From an uncultured Actinomycetota bacterium (lineage in GTDB: Bacteria; Actinomycetota; Actinomycetes; Mycobacteriales; SCTD01): a DNA stretch of 64,000 bases. This document shows, piece after piece, positions 1 to 8,047 of this stretch. The stretch's first letter is position 1, and each line of letters begins with the position of its first letter. Below the pieces are notes generated by a model. That model did not search any database. It was given only the letters and a program-made list of their open reading frames with translations, and was not told the DNA's origin. Where the stretch lies: contig CAVXIB010000010.1 in the NCBI GenBank assembly GCA_963761695.1, forward strand, positions 69,559-133,558, given 5' to 3'. Position numbers and translations under genes: made by a program.

Positions 1-169
1 CGATGGCGTCGCGCTGGCGCCGGAGCAGCACGACGCTGCCCAGCGCCGACAGCACCAGGGCTCCGACGATGGCGAGCAGGTTGCGCACACCCGCCACGAG
101 CAGCACGCCGTAGGCCCCGCAGAACAGCACGAAGCGCAGGAGCGTGTAGACGACGACAGGACGCAGCAC
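1..169 (-). CDS. Small membrane protein, DUF4229-like (N-terminal part only; gene runs off the window start)
   Basis: GTG at 169, then VLRPVVVYTLLRFVLFCGAYGVLLVAGVRNLLAIVGALVLSALGSVVLLRRQRDAI. Two hydrophobic helices followed by RRQRD. Absent from the ORF track because it is truncated. Confidence 0.4.
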   Translation of the reverse strand, partial: MLRPVVVYTLLRFVLFCGAYGVLLVAGVRNLLAIVGALVLSALGSVVLLRRQRDAI

Positions 170-230
170 GCCGACCAGCCTAGGCCGGTCGGCGTGCTGC
201 TGCAGCGTGGCGGGCGCAGGGCCCGCCGGG

Positions 231-2249
231 TCAGTCCTGGGCGACCCGGCGACGCCGGACGACGGCGGCGCCACCGGCCAGGAGCAGGCCGAGAACGGCG
301 AGGCCGGCGCTCGCGCCGGTGCGGGGCAGGCTGAGCGGGCTGGTCTGCGGGCCGGCGGCCGTCGGGTCGGCTCCGGTCGGCGCCCCGCTGGTCGGAGCGC
401 CCGTGGTCGGGGTTGCCGTGCCGGCCGCCGTCACGGCGGGGCGGAACCGGGCCCCCTCGGACAGGCTGCCGAAGCCCAGCGTGGTCGGCGTGCTGGTCAG
501 CAGGTCCCCGACGGCGAGGGCGCCGAGGCCCCCCGGGACGACGGCCTTCGGCAGCAGCGACAGGCCCGGGAGGGCGAGCGCACCGGGGAGCGCCACCTCC
601 ACGGGAAGGGTGATGGCGGGGACGGTCACCGTGAGGCCGGTGATCGTCGTGCCCGCGGTGCCGTAGTCGCCGTCCACCGCCGTGGTGGCCGCCTTGGTGA
701 GCAGCTGCACAGTCGGCGCGGGGACCTTCAGCGCCGGCAGGCCCGGGACGCTGGACAGCACCGACGACAGCGCTCCGGTGAGCCCGGCGACCGCCTGGCC
801 GACCGTCGCGAGGGTCGGGCCGGTGGTGGCGGCGAGGTCGAGGGTGCGGCCCTGCAGGACATCGGTGCCGAGGACCTCGAGCCCCTCGACGGTGCCTCCC
901 TCGACGACCGCCCGCTGCTGTCCCGAACCGGCCCCGGTGACGACCGACTCGGTGCTGACGGCGACCCGGCGCAGCGACAGGACGGGGGTGCCGTCGAGCA
1001 CGTCCATGAGGGCGTCGAGCAGGGCCTGCAGCTGCGGGGCGAGCAGGCGGCTGAGGTCGGTGAGCGCCTGCTGCGCCGTGTCGAGCAGCCGGTTGGCCGC
1101 GGCCAGCGCGCTCTGCGCGAGGGTGACGGCCTGCTGCGCTGCGGCCAGGGCAGCCGCGGTGAGCTCGGCCGCGGTGGAGGCCGCCGCGAGCTGGGTGGCA
1201 GCCTGCCCGGCCGCGGACTGCGCCTGCGCGACCAGCGCGTCGGCCTCGGTCACCGCCCCGGTCAGCGTGGGGTCGACCGCCTGGAGCGCTCCCCCGAGGC
1301 CGGGCACCGGGCGCAGCAGCGCCTGCGCCGCGGCGAGCGCCGAGCGCGCGGCCGCCGCGGCCTGCTGACGCTCAGCCAGCTGGGCGTCGGCCGCGGTGAC
1401 CGCGTCCTGCGCCGCCTTCTGCGCCGCAGCCTGGCCGAGGACACCCCGGGTCAGCGGGTCCAGGGCGGCGGTCGCGGCGGAGAGGTCCTTTCCGGCGGCC
1501 TGCACGTCGGCGAGCCGCGCTGCGACCTGGGCGGTGGCCGCGTCCGTGGTCGCACCGAGGGCGGCCTGCGCGGCGTCCAGGGCCGCGTTGGCCGTGGCCA
1601 CGGTGCCGTTGGCGAGGTCGAGGCGGGCCACCAGGTCGTCGAGCACGCCCGCGGGGAGCTTGCCGAGGTCCAGGCCGAGGGCGGCGAGCAGGTCGGCGAT
1701 GCTGGGCAGCTCGACGTCGCTGACCTCCAGGGTCTTGGCCGAGCGGGCGGCCCGGCCGTCGACGGCCGAGCCCGCGGTGAGCAGCCCGTGCACGTCGATC
1801 GGCAGTCCGAGGACCTCCAGACGGCCCAGCGAGGTGGCACCGGCCACGGTGCTGGCGGCGCCGTCGACGACCGAGGCTCCGACCTCCAGAGCCGGGCCGG
1901 TCACCGAGGCGATGCCCGCGAGCGCGGGGACGGCGGCGCTGCTGCTCAGGGGCGCGACGGTGCGGCTGGTGCCGGCGTCGACGGTCTGCACGCCCAGCGC
2001 GACGCCGTCGGCCGTGAGCGGGGTGACGACGATCTGCGCCGAGGGGACGCCGCCGATCGTGTCGGTGACCAGGCGGACCCCACCGGCGGCGAGGTCGTGG
2101 CCGGCGGCGGAGACCGACAGGAGGCTGACCGCGGAGGTGGCGCGCCCGGCGGCGGGCACCTCCGGCGTCGCCGCGAGGGCCGGAGCCATGACGGAGGAGA
2201 CGAGCGCGACGACGGCGCAGGCGGCGGGAACGGAGGGACGGACGCGCAC
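231..2249 (-). CDS. LPXTG cell-wall-anchored surface protein with Ala-rich coiled-coil-like centre
   Basis: GTG 2249 is preceded by GGAGA. Signal peptide RVRPSVPAACAVVALVSSVMAPALA. C-terminal LPRTG, hydrophobic helix and RRRR sorting signal. The ORF track extends to 2333, but those extra codons often end in A/T, which is atypical here. Confidence 0.7.
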   Translation of the reverse strand: MRVRPSVPAACAVVALVSSVMAPALAATPEVPAAGRATSAVSLLSVSAAGHDLAAGGVRLVTDTIGGVPSAQIVVTPLTADGVALGVQTVDAGTSRTVAPLSSSAAVPALAGIASVTGPALEVGASVVDGAASTVAGATSLGRLEVLGLPIDVHGLLTAGSAVDGRAARSAKTLEVSDVELPSIADLLAALGLDLGKLPAGVLDDLVARLDLANGTVATANAALDAAQAALGATTDAATAQVAARLADVQAAGKDLSAATAALDPLTRGVLGQAAAQKAAQDAVTAADAQLAERQQAAAAARSALAAAQALLRPVPGLGGALQAVDPTLTGAVTEADALVAQAQSAAGQAATQLAAASTAAELTAAALAAAQQAVTLAQSALAAANRLLDTAQQALTDLSRLLAPQLQALLDALMDVLDGTPVLSLRRVAVSTESVVTGAGSGQQRAVVEGGTVEGLEVLGTDVLQGRTLDLAATTGPTLATVGQAVAGLTGALSSVLSSVPGLPALKVPAPTVQLLTKAATTAVDGDYGTAGTTITGLTVTVPAITLPVEVALPGALALPGLSLLPKAVVPGGLGALAVGDLLTSTPTTLGFGSLSEGARFRPAVTAAGTATPTTGAPTSGAPTGADPTAAGPQTSPLSLPRTGASAGLAVLGLLLAGGAAVVRRRRVAQD

Positions 2250-2375
2250 GGGATCTCCAGGCGGCAGGACGTGCGGACGCGGCGGCGTCCGGGACTGCTT
2301 CCCAGGATCACCAGGTGACGCGCGTCGCACCATGACCCGTTGTGACCATCTCCGACCAGATCGACCCGGAGCGGG

Positions 2376-2879
2376 TCAGGCTGCCCCGGTTGCGTCCGGG
2401 GTGGGAGGGATCGTGCCGGGCACCCGGCGCCGGGCCTCGAAGCGGCCGCTCAGCACCACGGTGGTCCGCGTGCGCGCCACGCTCGGGATCCGGCGCAGCA
2501 CCCCCAGGGTGCGCTCGAGGTCGTCGACGTCCTCGACCCGCACCTTCACCACGAACGCCTCCTCGCCGGCGACCGACCAGCAGTCCTCCACCTCGGGCAC
2601 CTCGGCCAGGCTGGTCGCGAGGTCCTCCTGCTCGGCGTCCTCCCGCTGGTGGACCGCCACGAGCGCACTCACCCCCAGTCCGAGCAGCGCGCTGTCGACG
2701 ACGGCGGTGTAGCCGCGCAGCACGCCGGCGCGCTCGAGCCGCCGCACCCGCTCGAGCACCGACGGCGGCGACAGCCCCACCTGGCGCGCCAGGTCGGCGT
2801 TGGACGTGCGGGCGTCGTCCACCAGCGCGGCCACCAGCTGACGATCGATGTCGTCCATGTCACTACGACGGACGCTCAC
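2376..2879 (-). CDS. Lrp/AsnC family transcriptional regulator
   Basis: N-terminal HTH (IDRQLVAALVDDARTSNADLARQVGLSPPSVLERVRRLERAGVLRGY) followed by an AsnC-type ligand domain. 167 aa. Confidence 0.85.
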   Translation of the reverse strand: MSVRRSDMDDIDRQLVAALVDDARTSNADLARQVGLSPPSVLERVRRLERAGVLRGYTAVVDSALLGLGVSALVAVHQREDAEQEDLATSLAEVPEVEDCWSVAGEEAFVVKVRVEDVDDLERTLGVLRRIPSVARTRTTVVLSGRFEARRRVPGTIPPTPDATGAA

Positions 2880-2943
2880 GGTTTCGCTCCTTCTGTCGTT
2901 AGGAGTAGTGTCACGTCAACCTACTGATCGAAGGAAGAATCTC

Positions 2944-3093
2944 ATGAACACCGTGTACGACGGCCAGAGCCTGCAGTCCTACGGCCTTCGCCTGCAGACC
3001 GAGGCCCGCCGTCCCGTGGAGCGCGGGGCCCGCAGCGCCGGTCGCAGCCTCGCACCCCGGCTGCGCGACCTCGTGGCCCGCCGCTCCCACTAG
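2944..3093 (+). CDS. Hypothetical small protein (49 aa), divergent from the Lrp gene
   Basis: ATG 2944 with GAAGGAAG upstream, next to the only AT-rich stretch in this area (2881-2943). No recognisable family. Could be non-coding. Confidence 0.2.
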   Translation: MNTVYDGQSLQSYGLRLQTEARRPVERGARSAGRSLAPRLRDLVARRSH

Positions 3094-3148
3094 GCGCTCC
3101 GGCCCCCCTCCCGGTACCGACGGGGCCGTTCGGCCCAGCCTGTCTGCT

Positions 3149-3175
3149 CCGTCCGGACCGTCCCGGTCCGGACGG
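3149..3175 (+). terminator. GC-rich hairpin (11-bp perfect stem, 5-nt loop)
   Basis: ccgtccggacc-gtccc-ggtccggacgg, downstream of the small ORF. No U-tract. Confidence 0.35.
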
Positions 3176-3266
3176 CTGTGCGGCCCGCGTCCCAGCCGTC
3201 ACCGCCGTCCGGTTCGCTCGTTACGGTGGGCGACGGGCCACCTCGGCCCGGGCACGAGGGGGAACC

Positions 3267-3560
3267 ATGACCGAGTCGATCACCAGCCGCACCGAGAAGG
3301 CGTCCCGTCCCACGGTGCCGCGCGACCGGCTGCTGACCCCCGGCGAGGTGGCCACCCTGTTCCGCGTCGACCCGAAGACGGTCACGCGCTGGGCCGCCGC
3401 CGGCCGGATCGGGTCCATCCGCACCCCGGGCGGCCACCGGCGCTTCCGGGAGGCCGAGGTCCACGCCCTGCTGCAGGGCGACGGCCTGCTCGAGGACCTG
3501 GCCTCCGTGGTCCCCGCGCAGCCCGTCGGCCCGGCGCGCACGGCGGCCCCCACCGCCTGA
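3267..3560 (+). CDS. bldC: BldC-like MerR/excisionase-family small DNA-binding protein
   Basis: LLTPGEVATLFRVDPKTVTRWAAAGRIGSIRTPGGHRRFREAEVHALL closely matches the BldC HTH core as I remember it from Streptomyces. Confidence 0.7.
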   Translation: MTESITSRTEKASRPTVPRDRLLTPGEVATLFRVDPKTVTRWAAAGRIGSIRTPGGHRRFREAEVHALLQGDGLLEDLASVVPAQPVGPARTAAPTA

Positions 3561-3600
3561 TCGCGCGTAGGGTCGGCCTCCCGTCCCAAGGAGGCCCGCT

Positions 3601-3960
3601 GTGCTGTACGGCTACGGGATCCTCGCGGTCGTCGAGATCACCCTGCTCGTCTACTGCGTCCTGAACATCGTCACCACCCCGCAGGAGCAGGTGCGGAACC
3701 TGCCCAAGCTGCTGTGGCTCGTCCTCGTGCTCTTCTTCCCGCTGATCGGCGGGGTCGCCTGGCTGGTGGCCGGCCGGCCCCAGGGCGGCGCCGGGGGGCG
3801 TGGACAGGGGGGTGGCCGGGGCCCGCGCGGAGGCGTGCGTCCACCGTCCGGGCCCGTGCGCCCGAGCAACCCCGACGACGACGAGGACTTCCTGCGCCAG
3901 CTGCGCCAGCGCGCGCAGGAGCAGCGCCGACGGGCCCGCGACGAGGACACCCCGCCCTGA
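3601..3960 (+). CDS. PLD nuclease N-terminal (PLDc_N) domain membrane protein
   Basis: Two TM helices with the LWLVLVLFFPLIGGVAWLVAGRP motif, then a Gly/Arg-rich acidic tail. Confidence 0.65.
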   Translation: MLYGYGILAVVEITLLVYCVLNIVTTPQEQVRNLPKLLWLVLVLFFPLIGGVAWLVAGRPQGGAGGRGQGGGRGPRGGVRPPSGPVRPSNPDDDEDFLRQLRQRAQEQRRRARDEDTPP

Positions 3961-3969
3961 GGATCTTCC

Positions 3970-4953
3970 TCAGGCGTAGCTGTGCAGGCCCACCACGAAG
4001 ATGTTGACCACGTAGTAGTCGACGATGAGGGCTCCGGCCGCCGCCACGGCGACCCAGGCCGCCTTGCGACCCTTCCAGCCGGCGGTGGCGCGCGCGTGCA
4101 GGTAGCCGGCGTACAGGACCCAGGTGATGAACGACCAGGTCTCCTTCGGGTCCCAGCCCCAGTACCGGCCCCAGGCCGCCTCGGCCCAGATGGCTCCGGC
4201 GACGATCGCGAAGGTCCAGACCGGGAACGCGAAGGCGATGACCGAGTAGGACGCCCGGTCCAGCGTGGACGCCGCCGGGAGCGACTGGCCGAGCGACAGG
4301 GGGAACCGGGGGGAGGCCCCGGCCGCGAGCGCGGCGTCGTAGCGCGCCCGGGTGAGGTACAGCAGGGCCACGACGCCCGACAGCAGGAACGCGCCGCTGC
4401 TCATCACCGCGGCGGCGACGTGGATCTTCAGCCAGTAGCTGTCGAGCGCCGGCACCAGCGGCCCCACCGGGGTGTAGAGCACCGTGCCGGCGAGTCCGAG
4501 GTAGAGCACCACCGGGACCATGACGAAGGCGCCGACCGTCCGTTCGACCCGGCCCTGCGCGATCAGCCACAGGAACGCGACGACGGCGACGAAGGCCACC
4601 GACACCGAGAACTCGTACATGTTGCCCCACGGCGGCCGCCCGGCCGCGATCCCGCGCAGAAGCAGCGAGACCGCGTGGACCACGGCGCCACCGGCGGTGA
4701 GGACCACCGCCAGGCGGCCGATCCCCCCGGGGCGGACCGGCTCGCGGACGGCCACCTCGGCCGGCGGCACGGGAGCTCCGGCACCCACGAGGACCTTCGC
4801 GGCCGACCGGGCCCGGCCAGCCGGCGCGGAGGTCGCCGCCCGGGCCTTGCGGGCCGCCTGCTCGCCGGCGAAGCACAGCATGGCGAGGGCGTAGACGACG
4901 ATGGTGGCGAACAGCAGCTTGTCGCTGATGCCGGCGAGGGACTGCACGGTCAC
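3970..4953 (-). CDS. ccsB: c-type cytochrome biogenesis protein CcsB/ResC
   Basis: Polytopic membrane protein ending in the WGRYWGWDPKETWSFITW tryptophan-rich heme-handling motif. GTG 4953 overlaps the resB stop (GTGA). Length is a multiple of 3. Confidence 0.9.
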   Translation of the reverse strand: MTVQSLAGISDKLLFATIVVYALAMLCFAGEQAARKARAATSAPAGRARSAAKVLVGAGAPVPPAEVAVREPVRPGGIGRLAVVLTAGGAVVHAVSLLLRGIAAGRPPWGNMYEFSVSVAFVAVVAFLWLIAQGRVERTVGAFVMVPVVLYLGLAGTVLYTPVGPLVPALDSYWLKIHVAAAVMSSGAFLLSGVVALLYLTRARYDAALAAGASPRFPLSLGQSLPAASTLDRASYSVIAFAFPVWTFAIVAGAIWAEAAWGRYWGWDPKETWSFITWVLYAGYLHARATAGWKGRKAAWVAVAAAGALIVDYYVVNIFVVGLHSYA

Positions 4954-6578
4954 ACGTCCTTGTCCAGGTCGGGGTGGGGCTCGGGGGCGAGGTCGGGAGA
5001 GGCGTCGGGCCCGCCGACGGCGGCGGTCTGCAGGCGCAGCCGTTCGGTGAGGGTCGCGAACTCCGCGGCGAACGACTCGGCGTCGGTGCGGGACAGGCCA
5101 CCCACCTCGACCACGGTACGGGCCGGACCGCCGTCCGGCGAGGTCCCGGGGACCGCCCGCACCCAGAGCCGCCGACGCCGGACGAACAGCGACAGCAGCA
5201 GGCCGAGGACCATCCCGCCGGAGGCCCACAGGGCGAGGACCTTGCCGGGGTCCTGGGTGACCTGGAAGGTGGCCCACTCGTCGGTGCCGGCGTAGGTGAT
5301 GCTCCCGCCGCCCGGCAGCGTCCAGGTCTCGCCCGGTCGCAGGGCCTGGGGCGGGGCGTCGACCTGCGTCATCCTGGCGGTCTTCTCCAGGGAGTACACC
5401 GAGGCGGGCACCCCGGCGTCCAGGCCGAGGTCGCCGCGGTAGGCCACCAGGGTCAGGGCCGGCACGCGGGGGGCCGGGTGCACGGAGGTGACCCGGCCGG
5501 TGGTGGGGTCCTGCACGGTGGTGGGGGTGAAGACGCCTTCGAAGGACAGCTGGTCCGGAGCGGCGTCGGGCGCCTTGATCGTGCAGTTGGACAGGAACTG
5601 CGGGTTGGCCGGCAGGCACGGCACCGACTGGTCCAGGGCCACCTGGCCCGCGCCGTCGCGCACCACGATCCGCGGCGCGTAGCCATGCCCGATCAGGTAC
5701 ACCTTCGTGCCGTTGCCGGTGACGAGCGGGTGGTTCACCCGCAGGCGGTACGGCCGCTCGGGGGCGTCGGCGGTCGGCGCCCACCGGACGTCGGCCTCGA
5801 AGGTGCGCGCGGCGCCGTCCTCGGTGTAGGTCGCGTCGAAGGCCGACAGCGCGAAGTGGAAGGGCGCCAGGGAGTCGGGGTCGAACCGCCGACCCGGCGT
5901 GATGTCGTCGTAGTTGAGCAGCGCGTTCGCGAAGCCGTCGCCCTCCTTGACCAGGACGGTGCCCTTGAACCCGAACAGCCCGCCGAGGGCGATGCCGACC
6001 AGCAGGGCGACCAGGCTCACGTGGAAGAGCAGGTTGCCGGTCTCCCGCAGGTAGCCCTTCTCCGCGCTGAGCCCGCTGCCGCGCACGACCGTCCGCCAGC
6101 GCGGCAGCCCGGCCCTGGCGGCGTCGAGCACCTGCTGCGGGCTGAGGTCGGTCTCCCAGCGCTCGGACGCCGCGAGCCGGCGCAGCGTGGTCGGCACCTT
6201 CGGCGGGGCGCTGCGCAGGGCCCGGACGTGCAGGCGGGTGCGCGGCACGATGCAGCCGACCAGAGAGACGAACAGCAGCAGGTAGATGGCGGCGAACCAG
6301 GGGCTGGCGAAGACGTCGAACAGCGATAGCCGGTCCAGCAGCGGACCCAGGGTGGGGTGGGCCGCGGTGTACTCCTGCACCCGGGCCGGCGCGAGGGCGC
6401 GCTGCGGCAGGAAGCCGCCGGGCACGCTCGCCAGCGCCAGCAGGAACAGCAGCAGCAGCGCGGTGCGCATGCTGGTCAGCTGGCGCCAGGCCCGACGGAA
6501 CGGCGCGATCGCCGACCCGCGGACGGGTGGCCCGACCTCCAGCGGCTGGGTGGTCAGCTGGTCGGTGAGCGCGGTCAT
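4950..6578 (-). CDS. resB: Cytochrome c biogenesis protein ResB/Ccs1
   Basis: N-terminal RRAWRQLTSMRTALLLLFLLALASVPG, a large extracytoplasmic domain and a C-terminal TM. ATG 6578 overlaps the ccdA stop (ATGA). Confidence 0.9.
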   Translation of the reverse strand: MTALTDQLTTQPLEVGPPVRGSAIAPFRRAWRQLTSMRTALLLLFLLALASVPGGFLPQRALAPARVQEYTAAHPTLGPLLDRLSLFDVFASPWFAAIYLLLFVSLVGCIVPRTRLHVRALRSAPPKVPTTLRRLAASERWETDLSPQQVLDAARAGLPRWRTVVRGSGLSAEKGYLRETGNLLFHVSLVALLVGIALGGLFGFKGTVLVKEGDGFANALLNYDDITPGRRFDPDSLAPFHFALSAFDATYTEDGAARTFEADVRWAPTADAPERPYRLRVNHPLVTGNGTKVYLIGHGYAPRIVVRDGAGQVALDQSVPCLPANPQFLSNCTIKAPDAAPDQLSFEGVFTPTTVQDPTTGRVTSVHPAPRVPALTLVAYRGDLGLDAGVPASVYSLEKTARMTQVDAPPQALRPGETWTLPGGGSITYAGTDEWATFQVTQDPGKVLALWASGGMVLGLLLSLFVRRRRLWVRAVPGTSPDGGPARTVVEVGGLSRTDAESFAAEFATLTERLRLQTAAVGGPDASPDLAPEPHPDLDKDV

Positions 6579-7366
6579 ACGACGGTCTGGTAGCTGCTGA
6601 CGAAGACCTGCATCTCCAGCACGATCCGGGCCCACAGCCCGCTGACCAGCAGGAGCCCGACCACCACGAGCAGCCCGCCACCCACCTTCATCACCAGTCC
6701 GTAGTGGCGCTTGACGACGTCGAACGCCCCGAGCGCCCGGCGCATGGCCAGCCCGGTGGCGATGAACGGCAGGCCCAGGCCCAGGCAGTAGGCCGCGGTG
6801 AGCAGCGCGCCCCGACCGGCACTGGCCTGGGTGTACGCCAGCGTCTGCACCGCCCCGAGCGTGGGCCCGAGGCAGGGTGTCCAGCCGACGCCGAACAGCA
6901 CCCCCAGCAGCGGGGCGCCCGCGAGGCCGGCATCGGGGAGGGCGTGGAAGCGCAGCTCGCGCTGCATGCCGGGGATCAGCCCGAGAAAGCTCAGGCCCAG
7001 CACCACCGTGAGCGCGCCGAGCACCCGGTCGACCACCGCCTTGTGCGCCACCAGGGCTCCGCCGAGGCCGCCGAACAGGGCGCCCGTGGTGACGAAGACC
7101 GCGCTGAAGCCCAGGACGAACAGCACGCTGCCGACCAGCACGCGGCCGCGGCGCACCCTGGTCTGCACGAGCGTGTCGCCGGCCGCCCCGCGGGTGTCGC
7201 CGAGCTCGGCGCCGGACAGCCCCGTCATGTAGGACAGGTAGCCGGGCACGAGCGGCAGCACGCACGGGGACAGGAACGACACGAGCCCCGCCGCAGCCGC
7301 CACCGGCAGCGCGAGCAGCACGGGCCCGCTGGTGACGGTGTCCACGAAGGTGTCCGCGATGCTCAC
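6575..7366 (-). CDS. ccdA: Cytochrome c biogenesis thiol-disulfide transporter CcdA (DsbD-family membrane domain)
   Basis: Conserved SPCVLPLVPGYL and WTPCLGP cysteine motifs in a 6-TM protein. GTG 7366 overlaps the upstream stop. Confidence 0.9.
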   Translation of the reverse strand: MSIADTFVDTVTSGPVLLALPVAAAAGLVSFLSPCVLPLVPGYLSYMTGLSGAELGDTRGAAGDTLVQTRVRRGRVLVGSVLFVLGFSAVFVTTGALFGGLGGALVAHKAVVDRVLGALTVVLGLSFLGLIPGMQRELRFHALPDAGLAGAPLLGVLFGVGWTPCLGPTLGAVQTLAYTQASAGRGALLTAAYCLGLGLPFIATGLAMRRALGAFDVVKRHYGLVMKVGGGLLVVVGLLLVSGLWARIVLEMQVFVSSYQTVV

Positions 7367-7992
7367 GACGACCCTCCCCCGGGGGGTTCCCCGAGCAGGA
7401 CCTGCACCGGCCCGTCGAGCTCGGCCTCGGTGACCCCGCCGATGAAGCGTCCCGCGATCCGGCCCTGCCGGTCCAGCAGCAGCGTGCTCGGCGGGGTCTG
7501 CGGCGCCAGGGCGCGGAACCGGGTGAGCACCAGGCCGGCCTGGTCGAACAGCGACGGGTAGGGCACCGCCTGCGTGCGCTCGAAGGCGCGGGCGGCGTCG
7601 GCGTCGTCCTTGATCGCGACGCCGACGAAGGAGACGCCCTCGGGCCCGCGGCGCTCGGCGACGGCCTTGAGGTTGGGGGCCTCGGCCCGGCAGGGGGCGC
7701 ACCAGGAGGCCCAGAAGTTGACGACGACCACCCTGCCGCGCATCGACGCCACGTCCAGCGCCTGGCCGTCGAGGGTGGTGCCCTTGATCTCGGGCGCCGC
7801 CTGCCGGTCGGCGATCCGGAAGACCCCGGTGGGGCCGGGGTCGAACACCTTCAGCTGCGGCGTGCCGGCCCGGTCGACGTCGACGGCGTTGCTCCCGGTG
7901 CAGCCGGACAGCGCGAGCACGGCGGCGAGAACCGCCCAGGCCGCGCGAGCCGGCGGGAGCACAGGTCGGGGCACCCCACCATCATCGGTCAT
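7363..7992 (-). CDS. TlpA/ResA-like thioredoxin-fold lipoprotein
   Basis: Lipobox LALSGC, thioredoxin motif FWASWCAPCRAE. First gene of the ccs operon. Confidence 0.85.
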   Translation of the reverse strand: MTDDGGVPRPVLPPARAAWAVLAAVLALSGCTGSNAVDVDRAGTPQLKVFDPGPTGVFRIADRQAAPEIKGTTLDGQALDVASMRGRVVVVNFWASWCAPCRAEAPNLKAVAERRGPEGVSFVGVAIKDDADAARAFERTQAVPYPSLFDQAGLVLTRFRALAPQTPPSTLLLDRQGRIAGRFIGGVTEAELDGPVQVLLGEPPGGGSS

Positions 7993-8047
7993 CGTGCGGC
8001 GCGTCGCCTACCCCGCGAAGGAGACCTGCGCGACGTGCGGTCGGCCG

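Noticed and set aside
207-2318. 703-codon + strand ORF
   Set aside because: It is antisense to the LPXTG gene. The translation is Arg/Gly/Asp-rich with no domain features. This is the usual shadow ORF of a GC-rich gene.
3970-6681. 903-codon - strand ORF extending ccsB upstream across resB
   Set aside because: Only the last 327 codons (from GTG 4953) look like CcsB. The upstream part is an off-frame reading of resB (Arg/Pro-rich), and resB has its own coupled start and stop.
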